From Hydrolagus affinis (Eukaryota): DNA of 64,000 nt. How positions within the stretch are numbered: the first letter of the stretch is position 1; each line of letters opens with the position of its first letter. Below, piece by piece: positions 22,796 through 34,972 of the stretch. The notes under the pieces are model-generated. The model did not search any database, was not told where the DNA came from, and worked only from the letters and a program-made list of their open reading frames with translations. The stretch is taken from contig JAAILG010001106.1 of the NCBI GenBank assembly GCA_012026655.1, forward strand, positions 1 through 64,000, in the 5' to 3' direction. The translations under genes were made by a program, and so were the position numbers.

Positions 22796-24169
22796 TTAAG
22801 CAGTAGTTTTCCAACTGAAACATGAAGTGTGTGTTCGTGGGGGTAGGGTACAAAGCACAAATTTAAAGACGTCATCACATTGTTAGAAAAAGTAAGGCTG
22901 TTTCTCCTAGAGTCCTGGCCAACAATCTTTTGGATAAATTGTTCATTCGATGTGTATCAATGGGACTTTGCAAATACTTACCGTGTTTACTACAAAAACA
23001 GTTACAACGCTTGACAGTTATTACGTGTGAAATGCTTTCAGGCATTTCAACGTGGTAAGGTGCCATACGAATACATGCTCCCAAATGAATATTGTTCAGG
23101 TAAATTCAATCATTTGCCATCTGCGGAGCCCCTTTTAAACACCCATGTGAGAGTTAAGAAGTTACTCTGCAAACACTTGATTTCAGCTTTACTTCTCCTT
23201 TCAATCCCTGCGGTGGATCCAGCAGAGCCAACACACAAACCATATTTGCCGAAACAATTGCATGAAATAGGTCAGCTCTTTGAATGTTTTAACAGCTGCT
23301 TCATTTTTATCAGCGAGTTCAACTGGAGATCTAGTTTCTCTCTGGGGGGGTGGTCTAAATGTGAGCCAAAAAAACAGCAGGGTAATGTTTACTCTGAGAC
23401 ACAGACAGATAGATTCTTCATTCCCTGTGTCACAGATGCTGACATGTGTTGACTAAGAATGTGCTAGCAGCTTTACTTTGTTTCCAATTTAGCAACAACA
23501 TCTTTAGACTAGACTAATCCAAATTCACATTTTCCTTAATGGATACTGAAGAAAATTGAGGTTACTGCTAAAGAATACTGTAGAATGTTTTCGTCAATGT
23601 TTTCCTAACAGTGGTTTTACACTGGGGGCAATTAATAATGTATCATTCATTAAGAATTTGGACTAAGAATGAATCTCAGTTGTCGCAAGTGATTTTTAAA
23701 AATATTCCCGAGTTCTTCATAAATGGCACAATTCCTTGTAATCCTTCAGTCCCTTTGTGTGCAACTTTCGCTCTCCCCTCCCACTCCACACCCACCCCAC
23801 ACACATACCTGAGGAAGATGAGAAGGGTGAGGGAAAAGGAAAGGTGGGGGTAATGTGCAATATAAACACAGGAACAAAGTAGTTGGGTCAAATGCCTCTT
23901 TCTATGCTTTATCACACTGTAGAATCTATTTCTTTCAAAGAGGAAGATTCCAGCTACATTATGATTCTACAGAAGATGGTAACAATTGGTAACAGTTCAG
24001 TAACTTACCCCAACTGTTTGTTTTTCATGTGCAAGCCTGGACAATGAATGTCAGCAGGCTACTTGACCATGGAGTTCATCCATAGCCACACCTTTCCTTA
24101 CCTTCTCTCCACCGATATGTATTTCCAGTAGGAGGAGGTCCTGATTTCTGGTCAGAAGCTGGTCAGTGT

Positions 24170-24390
24170 ATTGACCAGTGTAAACGGCTGTTTTTCTGAC
24201 TGGAGGGAAGTTTACAGTGGCGTTCCTCAGGGATGGGTATTGGGACCACTGCTCTTTTAAATTTAGATTAATGATCTGGACTTTGGTATAGGGAGTACCA
24301 TTTCCAAGTTTGCAGATGACACAAAGTTAGGAAAAATAGTAATAGTGATGAGGGTAGTAAACATCTGCAAGAAGATATAGACAGAATATA
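24170..24390 (+). mobile_element. CR1 reverse-transcriptase core fragment (dead)
   Basis: [49 protein letters not shown]. Confidence 0.93.
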
Positions 24391-24841
24391 GGTGTAAGTG
24401 CTAGATCTCAGCCATTCCATTTGAGAAAGAGTAAGATAATCCCCAAAGAGATGGAAAATAATCAATAGGAAAGTCACCAAAGCTATTTCGAATAAAATAG
24501 ATCGAATAAAATTTGCCATATACAGTACAGGTATTATGTCCAGTTAAGACAGTTAGCAACTTGCTGGCCTGTTCTCGGGTTTCTACCTGTGCTGTTTCAA
24601 AATGTGCCATCAGGAAGCATCTTCTCCTGGTGACATGCTCAGAACATTAATTCATTATGTGACGGATTGTGGCTGTGAACCCACATCCTTGCCTTTTGGA
24701 ATTTATTATAAGCTGCAAAGCGCCGTGTGGCTATACCACCATAGCAAAAAATAATTAACCTTATTCTCTCCAGTTTTACAGTCCATGCACTGAATGCGTC
24801 ACAACCAGGCAAAGACTAAGGTTGCAAAAAGATTTAACAGC

Positions 24842-24945
24842 AATAATAATCCCTGCATTTGATATAGGGCTTTTCACGTCTTCTAGACATCTCAAAGCAC
24901 TTCACAGACTATACTGTAAAGTGGCTGTATATTTGTGGGCAAAAC
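24842..24945 (-). mobile_element. SINE 3' tail
   Basis: AATAATAATCCCTGCATTTGATATAGGGCTTTTCACGTCTTCTAGACATCTCAAAGCACTTCACAG. Confidence 0.9.
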
Positions 24946-25269
24946 AAAAGATCATGAACTAACTACATGTTTCTTGAAGCTTGGGATAAACCAACAGAAA
25001 AGTGATCCAAAACACTTTCACTTCAGGTATGATAATTCCTGATTTACATTATCCAGTTTCCAAAAGTCTCTGTTGGGCTAACATGTGATGACATGTAAGT
25101 GCTGAATTCAGCTCTGTCTTTAGAAGTGAGTCACAGTAAAACATTTATTTCTAAGCAATGCTTTTTGGCTCCATTTATACTGGAGCACCTGGTATAATAT
25201 CAAAAGGATTTTTTATGCTGTTAAAGGAGATGATTCTTGGTGGGGTAGAATTTCACTTAAGTGTTACTA

Positions 25270-25538
25270 GCTGGTTAGGTACAAGGCACCAGAACAAACG
25301 AACATAGGTTTGGCATCACAAATGGCAATTTCAGGACAGACACCAGTAAGTATTTCTTTGCAGAGCAGGTAATTAACATCAAGAATGGTTACTAGGAAAG
25401 GTGATTGAGATTAGGATGGTATCGTTATTTAGAAAAGAACTAAGTGTTCGTTTGTGAGCATGGTAAATTTGGATTTTCTTGAAGTGGGGTGGAGGCGATC
25501 AAATGCTCTTCATCTGAACCTCTCTTGTGATCTTGTGA
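25270..25538 (+). mobile_element. Old CR1 3' end, decayed
   Basis: CAGAACAAACGAACATAGGTT..TTCAGGACAGACACCAG..TTTCTTTGCAGAGCAGGTAATTAAC..CTTCATCTGAACC..TGTGATCTTGTGA. Confidence 0.55.
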
Positions 25539-26769
25539 GCAGAAACTATGGCTCATTTGTCACTCACTATAGCCCTCCTGCTGTCCACATGACTTGAATC
25601 ACTTAATACCGCACAGACCAATGATTAATCCTGAAACCTTTATTGGTCTGAATTGCTTACTTCACATTGGTAGTGGCGATAAAGCGGATCAAAGAAGGAT
25701 TTAAGTAAGTCTTTGGGTCAAGGAAAGTACTGTATCCCACATTTGAATTTAAACGTGTGTACAGCTCTGCTAACTCCCTGACAAATTTCTAAAGTTAAAG
25801 AGGTGTAACCAGTGAGACACACAACTTGGATTAAGACAGTTCTGCCTAAACATTGCACCAAAGCAGATCAGTTGATATGCCTTTAAGGCAGCTTTTACTT
25901 TTACATTTCCAGCATTCAATTTTTCCGTTTTGCTTTTGAATGTGCAATGGGTTAAACTTTATAGCATTTTAAGATGTGTTCCTTGTGTTAATGAATCAAT
26001 TAATTAACACAAGGTGCAGGTTAGGTAATGTGTCTATATGTTTTAAGTCCGCTCCTAATTTCTTCAGTGCAACATAAAACCATAGGCATTGTATTGTGAT
26101 TCACTTAAACTAAACCTGTGTAGGGAATAGTCACCAGGCATAGAAGTTTAAAATTTTCATGCAACAAAACAGGAGAAACCAACCTTAGCAGAATTCAAAG
26201 GCATCATGATTTGAACACAATTTTTTAATGTAAACATCAACATCCTCTGTAATCCTAACTCAGCATGTGAACACGTAGGATTTCTCATAACTTTTATCTG
26301 GCATGACATTACAGATTTTAAATCTGGTGAAATGTTAACACCACTCATCACATTGCTTGCATTCCCTTTATACCAGTGTCTGCTGATGCCCATTGAAATA
26401 CATAATTAATATGGAAATGTACATTCCCATTCTTTGAGTTAAAAAGAACAGTATGTTGATACATTTGAAATTACATGTGGCCTTGGTGAGACCACATCTG
26501 GAATTCTGCATATAGTTTTGAACTTCCTCTCTTGGTTGCTGGATGTAGTGTGGGAACTAGATTAATTCTAGAATTTATGGGACAAAGATATGAGGAAAGG
26601 TTAGCTATCCTTGACGTCTCTTGAACATGAAAAAACTGAGGCAGATTTGACAGAGGTACATATAACAACTTATTACAATAGTATATAGTATGTTTCATGT
26701 AACAGGATGTTACCAAATACTTTAAAAAATTTAATAATGGGCACTGAACAAGGAATAAGATATTTCAAA

Positions 26770-26960
26770 ATATTCATCAAAGGCATAGTCGAATAGATAT
26801 GTTTTAAGTGAGTTTTGAAGACATTGGGAAGATAGCAAAGAATTGTGGTTTTGAAAGACAGTTCCACAGAACAGGAACATGATACTGTAATGTACCATGA
26901 AGACTCCTCTACCAACGGCATATTGAAGAGAGTGAGGAACAACAGAATACCAGAGAAGAG
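26770..26960 (-). mobile_element. L2-like 3' fragment, decayed
   Basis: Antisense FKTHLKH / LKTYLFDYAF (AAAGGCATAGTCGAATAGATATGTTTTAAGTGAGTTTTGAAG). Confidence 0.6.
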
Positions 26961-27150
26961 AGAATGAAGATATAAAGCTAATTTTACCCATTGTTATGAT
27001 AACAAACATCACCAACATCATCATATCTGCCTTATTGTTCCCTTTGTCCACTGAAAATATTTTTTTTAAAAATATTCCTTATTCTCGCAGTCTATTGTTT
27101 CCCTTCTATTTTCTTGAAACTTTATTTTGAGCATTTTGAATGTGTTCTCC

Positions 27151-27530
27151 TCTGAAACAAAAAGCAGAAGTCACTGGGAACACTCATCAGGTCAGGCAGC
27201 ATGTATGCAGAAAGGTGAGTCAATGTTTGGATCCTCAATCCTTCATTGTAGCAAACAAAGGGTCTTTTAGTTCCCCCCTCACCCCCACCCCCGTCTTCAG
27301 CTCGGGTCTGAAGCAGTAACTGTCCAGCGCCTTGGGACGTCCTCCTGACGTGAAAGACGCTATACAAATGTAATTTTGTTGTTGTTGTTGTTGTCTTGTG
27401 TTCTGACGATGGGTCGCGGACCTGAAACGTTGACTCACTTTTCCTTTCTCCATAGATGCTGCCTGACCTGCTGAGTGTTCCCAGTGACTTCTGTTTTGTT
27501 TCAGATTTTCAGCATCTGCGTTCTGTTCTC
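27151..27530. mobile_element. Penelope-like inverted-repeat element with an L2 tail (27270-27393) between its arms
   Basis: Left arm TCTGAAACAAAAAGCAGAAGTCACTGGGAACACTCATCAGGTCAGGCAGCAT is the reverse complement of the right arm ATGCTGCCTGACCTGCTGAGTGTTCCCAGTGACTTCTGTTTTGTTTCAGA. Confidence 0.8.
27397..27437 (+). ncRNA. Minimal type I hammerhead ribozyme motif (Penelope-associated), putative
   Basis: CTGACGA (27403-27409), T, stem II GGGTC-GCG-GACCT, GAAA (27424-27427), palindromic ACGT, GTT triplet; helix I TGTGTT/GACTCA with one mismatch. Confidence 0.6.
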
Positions 27531-29939
27531 TTCTCTGTTGACTGTGAAAGTAACAATTCTACCTAATTCTAACTTTAAATTCTTCTACTTACCTTGCTTC
27601 TTCGTTTTTCATTTTGTAAGATCGGAACCACTTGATACAGTAATTTGTTTTCATTGGCTCAACATTTCTGGCCTGACAGGATATGTTTTACAGCTGATGA
27701 AAAAGCAATACTTTTAAGATTGACAGGCCTCACAAATTCAGAAGTGACAGCCATCAACATGTACACATGTATTTCGCAATTGCGCTCAATTGGTAAAAAT
27801 GCTATTCAGCATTACACTCAGCGCCTGTATATTGTTGCCACTAATGGGATTTCCACTCTAAATCACTTAACAGAAGAATTGTTATCCCAAAGAGAAAACC
27901 CTCCCCTGTATGAACAGGTCAACAGTGGGTTGTCTGATAATGTCTATTTGTTTCCCAGAAAATAATTGCATATTTTTAAGAAGAAAGTATCTGAGGTGGT
28001 AAAATTGGAATATTAATTATTCCATTGTCAATGATGATAATTAAGGAATAATGCTATCAACTATTAGACTGAATAATTACAGTGTATGGATTCTTGTTTT
28101 GGTGCCATGAAGACTCTTCACCTCAGCTCTTGTTCATGAAGATACCTTCTGCTTTGCGACAGCCAAACTCTAGTTTTTCCTGATTTGTTGAACACCTGAC
28201 CTAATGTTTGACAATTTGTAATGCTGCTGATTGCTTCATGCATGGCACTCACTTACTTAACATTTTTTGAAGTGTTTTGGCAACTTCCATCATGCAACAG
28301 ATGAACTTCAGCTTTTACAATTCCCAGATGTATCTGCTCACCATCTTTATCCACAGGCTCTCTGTATGCATACCAGCATGGCTTTGATCCACCCACCGAG
28401 TACACTTTCCAATCTGATTAATAATTTGTTTTCCGAGAAGAAAGAAATCATTCAATGGCTATAGAGGTGCGTCTTAGGATGTGCAAGGCATAAAGCAAAA
28501 CAAAAACTGTTGACTATTATTGCACTGAATCATTCACTCAATTGATTTAAGAACCAAACCAGAGATGGCTGTGTTTGTTTTCCCTTAGTAAAGGAACCAG
28601 AAAAGACCATTACAACCCATTCAGCTGGTTATATTTTCTAATATTATCTCACCTTATCTCCAATCCGTTTTCCTTCCAAATTCTTATCTATTTCCCCTCC
28701 TTGAAGCTGCCTAGACAATCTGCCTCCACTGCCATTCCCATGCACAGCAGGATTTGGTATTAGCAAAACTCTTGGCAAATATCGCAAATTGCCTGCTTGC
28801 CTGCCTGCCCCCTTCCAGTATCTACACTCTAACTTAAAATTTGGACCCTTAGGTGAGATATATTAGACAGCCTATAGAACTGCACCCTTGAATGAAACAA
28901 CATCTTCAAGAGAGTGGGAGGAATTTGGAATTGGGGTGGTTAGAGCCCATCATTATTTATACTGGTGAGAGCTTTGACATGAGAAACTTTGCCACAAGTG
29001 AAAACCACCAAAAGTTGGGTTTCATTTATTCTGGCTTCTTACAATTCTCAGTGTTTATAGTGGCACGTAGGAGCCAAATCCTCTGAATATTTTCATTGAC
29101 TTGGCTCCTCTTTGTTACTATAAACAAGAGATTAGTTTACCTCAGCAACCTACAAGTTAGTTAAGGAAAGGTCACCTCTGAATTTCTTCCAAAAAGGACC
29201 TCAACTTCTATCACCTTTCTTTTTAATTACAGTGAGAGGTCATCATATCCAGTGACGCACCAATGACCATGCTCTGGAAGGAAGAAAAAGAAACCCCCAA
29301 AACACAAAGAAACAATTGCCAACTGCTGACATGAAACCTGTCCACAACTTTCTTACCTCACACAGCTTCCAGGCAAAAGGCCACAGCCGAAAATGGTAAA
29401 ACTAACAAGTTTAATGGCTCTACGAAACTGTCCATCATATGTAATACACTAGAAAAGAACAGCTGATGCCAGTCAGTCCAGACTCCAGTAATTGTCCTGT
29501 TTAGTGGATCCTTCATCCCAATTGACTGCTGGTTGTTTGCCATCTCACATTCCCTCAACCTAATTGAGAACTCATGCTTCATCTTCTCACATTGGGTTGA
29601 GTGCCTTTGTTAAGTTTTTTTTCCTCTCTCCTTAGTTCGCACTCCTACCTGATTGATTCGATTTGAGTTGTTTTCGTTTTTTTAAAAAAGGATTGTGTCA
29701 CCTATTGTTTGCTGAACTGCAGCCAAAGGGATCAAGAGGAGGAGGAAGAAAGTCTAGCCAGTTTTGGAGAATATTTCATAATACAGTGGTTTATTTAAAG
29801 CAACATGTCTCCATCAGCTAGCAGGGTACTGGCCTCATACTAAACAAAAAACTCAGAAAGGCCTCTATGTGTTAAATGGCAGCAAACTCTGTAATTTGTG
29901 AAGCAGAAACCTCCTTCATTGACATGGCAGTCTGGAAAC

Positions 29940-30070
29940 CATAGAAATTTACCGCACAAAAGATGGTCATTCAGCCCATTGAATTGGTGCTGGCTCTTTT
30001 CAGAGCAGTCCTTTCAGTCTCATTTTCCTGCTCTTTCCCCATATTCCTGTATCTTTCCTCTTTTTAGATA
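29940..30070 (-). mobile_element. CR1 3' terminus
   Basis: CATAGAAATTTACCGCACAAAAGATGGTCATTCAGCCCATTGAATTGGTGCTGGCTCTTT, homologous to 3123-3270. Confidence 0.8.
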
Positions 30071-30297
30071 TCCGCCCAGACATCATATTTGAGAATGATG
30101 TGTGGGGCAGGGGCTTGGATGATGGGATAGAGATCCAGCTCTGACCCATTTAAAATGCATCACATCTCCATTTCTCTGCTGCATTTATGTTTAACCAATG
30201 TATCAGGATAGCAATATCTCAGGACGGGGTCATGTTGCATAAACCTTGACAGCTGCCAGATGCTTCACCTAAAGTAATCTGTTTTATTTGATATTTT

Positions 30298-30435
30298 GGC
30301 AGTTTGTCTCAGTTGGCTAACATTCCCACCTCTGTGTCAGAAGGTTGTGGTTTGATTGTCTGTTAGGATGCTGACGATCTATGCTGACTCTTCAGTGCAG
30401 TACTGAGGAAGTGCTGCAATGTTGTAGGTCTGCTT
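30298..30435 (+). mobile_element. Deu-domain SINE 5' part
   Basis: CTCAGTTGGCTAACATTCCCACCTCTGTGTCAGAAGGTTGTGG..GCTGACTCTTCAGTGCAGTACTGAGGAAGTGCTGCA. Confidence 0.75.
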
Positions 30436-30504
30436 CTATTAATTGTCAATTGATTAATTCTATTAATACTTCAATATAAAATTCTCATAATCCTTTAGAA
30501 TTGT

Positions 30505-30787
30505 AACAGGCAAATCACAGCTGAGTCTAATCCTGTTCCCACCAAAAATACAAACTTGCATACTTTCCAGTAGAGGTCACTGGCTGATTGTTATCAGGAG
30601 GAGAAGCCAGGGTGATTTATCCTTCTCAGGCCTAGGAGTTGCCGAGGCTAATTGTAATGCTCTTACATACTACCCCAGCTGAGATCAGCTAACTCAGTAC
30701 AGGCTAGGGATCAAACTTAGGGCCTCTCTGATTTATATGGCTCAGTGTCTCACTGGCCAATGGCTTTATGAGCCATCAGGGGAGCTC
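30505..30787 (-). mobile_element. Ancient tRNA-like-headed SINE (family not identified)
   Basis: The reverse strand begins GAGCTCCCCTGATGGCTCA..CTGAGCCATATAAATCAG..GTTTGATCCCTAGCCTGTACTGAGTTAGCTGATCTCAGCTGGGG; related fragments lie at ~20335-20450, 22545-22795 and 24020-24155. Confidence 0.55.
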
Positions 30788-31435
30788 AGGTTCAAGAGTT
30801 AATAAGAAGTTCAATTTGTACAACAGATACTTTATCTCAGCCACTCCATGACTCCCAAGGCACAATAATTCCTTAACACAGAGCTTCATGTTGGACCAGA
30901 CTCATGGCTGGACGGGTTACTTTTATAAATATAGTCTAGTCTACTTAAGAGAAAATTTAATAAGTGCAAGCCTGATCTGTGTATGCATTTTTCCCCAGTC
31001 ATTTCTATGGCACCAGATTCTTAATAAGAACAAGCTGTTTCAATTATGTTGAATGTGTTTCCAAGCTGCAATGCACACCAGTAATCTAAGGTGGCTTTTA
31101 GTGCTCCTTTCTTTTGCTTTGTAGCATGCCTTATTAATCTCCTGTAAAACACCCCCAACACAAAACAAAAGCCTTTGAATGTGGCAATAGATTATTTATA
31201 AAAGATAGAAATAAGAAGGATGGCAATACATATTCAATATCTCAATATTTTTTCAATCGTTACTTTGCCAGCAACCTAAGAATTTTTTTCCCCTATATAT
31301 AGCCCTCTCCTGTATGCCATACTTTACACATACTTTGATGTGCTGCTGTAAATAAATAAGGTTGCATTAATGCATTTGCAGCTTCAAGGTTCACTTACAG
31401 AGGTGGATTTAAAGGGTGCTTCCCAGCACAGTTCT

Positions 31436-31493
31436 AAGCGCTCTGAGACACTATCTGGCATGGAGGGCACTATATAAGTGCAAGTTGTAGTTA
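31436..31493 (+). mobile_element. L2 3' stem-loop tail
   Basis: AAGCGCTCTGAGACACTATCTGGCATGGAGGGCACTATATAAGTGCAAGTTGTAGTT. Confidence 0.8.
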
Positions 31494-32024
31494 TATCTCC
31501 AATTACCATTATAAACTAATGCCCTGCTATAATAGTTATCAAAATCCTTTAAATTCCCAACTGTATAGTAGAGCATGGTTGTTGATCTTCAGGTGTGATC
31601 TGAAGATGGACAAGGTGGGGGCAAGCTGAAAGGGTTGAGGCAGAGAGTTTCATAGATCTGAGCTTAGTGACTGAAGGCATAGATGCCGATGGTAAACTGG
31701 AGGGAATGAGGGATGAGGATAAAGTTTGTTTTTCATGTCCCCACAGTCAAAGTGTCCTGCTGACTCCACTGTCTCGGCTCTTAAAATACAGGAAGAATGC
31801 CCAATTGGGGGAATTTCTTGAAAATGCCCAGCATCTGTGGAACTACAGCCCAGTGAAACATTAAAAGATCGGAGAGGAAAAAACAAATAATTTAATTATT
31901 GCAACATGCCGTATTTTTCTTCCTAGACAGAATTTTCGACCATGCCTATGATCACTGGTGGTCACCTCCCAACTTTCTCTGGTTCAATGTTAAGCACTCT
32001 GAGACTCTACAATGCTTGAAGTTG

Positions 32025-32180
32025 TTCTTGGTGCCTCAGCCCAGCTTTTCCCTTCACAAACTGCAGATCATCCAAAACTCTGCAGCTCGTGTCCTCTCCC
32101 ACACCGGGCTCCGCGACTCCATCACTCGCCTGGCTCTATTGGCTCCCCATCACCCAGAGGATCAAAGTCACACTTTCACT
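32025..32180 (+). mobile_element. L2 ORF2 fragment
   Basis: SLHKLQIIQNSAARVLSHTGLRDSIT. Confidence 0.88.
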
Positions 32181-32766
32181 TTCCATCAGGGTCAATGGGC
32201 AGTGATCAGGAGCAATAACCCTGGATTGTTTGCCCTCTCCCTCCCTTATGCAAGTTATGGTCATTTTGGTTCTCCCAACCATTCCCCTAGTTGAAATAAT
32301 GTACCTCAGAATAGAATCGGAATGTAGGATTTTTCTAGCCTGCATTGGATTAATTTTGATTGTGCATTTGGTGCTAGTGTAAGTATCCAGAAAGTTTTCC
32401 GAAGCTTCTGCAGGAAACTGTCACCGGTTAAACTTTTCTCGAGTTCTTTCCAACAGTCTTTCACAATATTTTATTGTGATAGATGTGAAATTTCATTTGT
32501 AAGGGTCCACTATTGCAATGTCAGATTGAATACACAGTGGCAAATGGTATGGTGCAGAATGGTTCAACACATTACTGGAAGTGACAGTTTATGAGGGAAA
32601 AGAGACAGTTTTCACCCCTGTCAACTGGCAGTCACCTCAGTCTTAGCGACGACTAAATCTAGGTATCAGTTTAGTCAATACATCATTCCAATGAGCATCT
32701 TTTCCCATGTGTTGTGCAGTCAATTCACAGTTGCCAGTTCTAGCCCTCAGTCTTTTGATGCTGCCA

Positions 32767-33101
32767 TAATATATAATAATAATAATAATAAAATAATAAT
32801 AATCTTGCATTTGATATAGCACTTTTCATGCCTTCTAGACATCTCAAAGCGCTTCACAGAATATACTGTAAAGTGAATTGACTATATATTCGTGGGCAAA
32901 ATACGGCAGCCAATTGACCTCAGCAGGATCTCAAAGAGTCATGGATTGAAGTGACCAATTTTATTACTTTTTTTTATCTTGAGGGATTATTATCAGACGT
33001 GTAGAGTAAGGAAACTTGCCTAAGATTGTGTCCTGCCGGGAATCAAACCCAGGTCTCTCACTTGCAAGGCAAGTGCTCTAACTACTGAGCTCCAGGACTC
33101 C
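32767..33101 (-). mobile_element. Full-length tRNA-derived SINE
   Basis: (AAT)n CTTGCATTTGATATAGC ... GGGAATCAAACCCAGG..GTGCTCTAACTACTGAGCTCCAGGACTCC. Confidence 0.95.
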
Positions 33102-34025
33102 CGTAGCTTTCATTTCTCTAATATCTGCTCCAACTAATGCAGTTCAATCCATGCTGAATATCCACAACCCTCGTCACACATTGAAATCCCAGGCATATTT
33201 GCCTAATTTTTCATCTATTTGGCTTTTTTGGCCATTTTTTCCAGACACTGAACATTTCCTTGAATGGCTTCCTCTTGTGCTGTTTGCCATCTTGATTTGA
33301 TTTCTCTCTTCATTCAGATGTGTTGCATGTCTAGTACATGTCTGGTTGCCTTTCAAGAAGATGAGTACAATTTCTGGGAGACTTACACAAGCACCGATTT
33401 CAATGTTGGTTATCCTCTCTTGTCACATAATCAGCTGCTGCATGGTCAAACCTCTCAACAACACAAACCCCTTGCCCAAATAGCATTAACAACTCCTGTA
33501 ATACTCACAATGCCAGTGTCAAACCAGCTCCAGGCAATGATTGTATGAAGAATGCTTCTCAGGTGGTCCGGTTACACTGGCTACTTGTACTAGATAATGC
33601 AGATGGCTATGTGGGTGCACGAACCCTGAATATTCACAATGTAACTTTATGAATTAATTATTCGCAGAAGCAATAATGAAAACAAAATACTTTTTTTTAA
33701 ATGTTCTGCTTCGTATTTTAACAAGGCATCTGGTCGAGTTTTGTAACCTGAGGCATCTGCGAGCACGTATGATTTCTCATACGTTTCTGACTTTCAATCT
33801 GGCATAATCTCAACACTACATTCTCTTTACGCCAAGCTGCCTGTCTCATCAAAACACACCACTATTTGAAATCCATTTATCCTCACTTTGCTTGTTTAAA
33901 TGAACAGCAAATGATGGGGTCACTAACGCGCACTGTTCCACTGCAGCCAGTAGAATGTAAAAGTTGAAGCAAGACAGAATCTCGAAAATTCATTAATTTC
34001 CACCCACACTTGTAAAGTTAGAATA

Positions 34026-34160
34026 AATAAAGTTACAGCACAAAACTCTATAATCCTGTTTGAAAGGATTATAGAGTTTTGGGCTGTAACTTTATTACAG
34101 CCCAAAACTTTGTTGTTTGAAGGAGGCAATCGAGTACAGCATGGATTACTTCCTTCAAAC
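34026..34160. repeat. Compound inverted repeat (32-bp-stem hairpin plus overlapping and adjacent hairpins)
   Basis: 34026-34057 pairs with 34065-34096 (31/32); 34075-34089 pairs with 34095-34109 (15/15); 34115-34131 pairs with 34144-34160 (15/17). Confidence 0.95.
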
Positions 34161-34228
34161 TACAGTGATGCGTTTACTTTTACAAAGTGGTATGAAAAGT
34201 TGCAATGAGATCATTACAGGAGTCATGT

Positions 34229-34446
34229 GGAGTCCTGTACCTCAGTGGTTAGAGAAATCATTCCTTCAAAAAATAAATTGGTCACTCAATCCATGACTGT
34301 TTGTGGGACACTGCTGTGTACAATTGGCTACTGCATTTTGCCCACAAAATATACAGTCAATACACTAGAGTATATTCTGTGAAGCGCTTTGAGACTCTCA
34401 AGGACATGATAAAGCACTATATCAAATGCAAAGAGTATTATTATTA
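34229..34446 (+). mobile_element. tRNA-derived SINE with an internal deletion removing the B box
   Basis: GGAGTCCTGTACCTCAGTGGTTAGAG is joined directly to AATCATTCCTTCAAAAAATAAATTGGTCAC... Confidence 0.9.
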
Positions 34447-34867
34447 ATCCAATACAGGGTTTTTCTCCATTGGAAAGAGCGGGGCTTGGCAAAACACGGA
34501 TTGACAGTTGGAAGAAGATATAGAAGTTACACAAGGAGACCAACCACACATCGCATCGGTATGGTTGGCATTTGTAGCGCTCTTTCCAGAAAATCTTTCA
34601 GAACTTGCACTACATACAAAAGACAAGTTAGAACCGATGGAGTGAGGATAAAAGACGATCACAGCAGAAAACTATTTAAACAAGAGCAAATCTATTGAAA
34701 TGGTCCCTTGTTTGCGCCAAATAGAATGTTAAAAAAACACAAAAGCACTTGAAAATAAATATTCAGGTCAGTATGCTATATTCTCATGACAAGATTTTTG
34801 AATAGCAAAAGTCAAACTGGTGCAAGGAGGAGTAAGTTATGAGACCTGAAGAAAGCGAAAATCAATA

Positions 34868-34972
34868 GCCAGGAAGTGGGATTGACTTTGAATAGCTCTT
34901 TTCAAAGAGCCGGCGCAGACTCGATGGGCCGAATGGCCTCCTTTTGTGCTGTAAAATTCTGTGATTCTATGA
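34868..34972 (+). mobile_element. CR1 3' terminus, well preserved
   Basis: GCTCTTTTCAAAGAGCCGGCGCAGACTCGATGGGCCGAATGGCCTCCTTTTGTGCTGTAAAATTCTGTGATTCTATGA. Confidence 0.9.

Noticed and set aside
23027-23452. 141-aa ORF in unique sequence
   Set aside because: It has a non-ATG start, no recognisable motif and no convincing splice boundaries; this length is plausible by chance in 64 kb.
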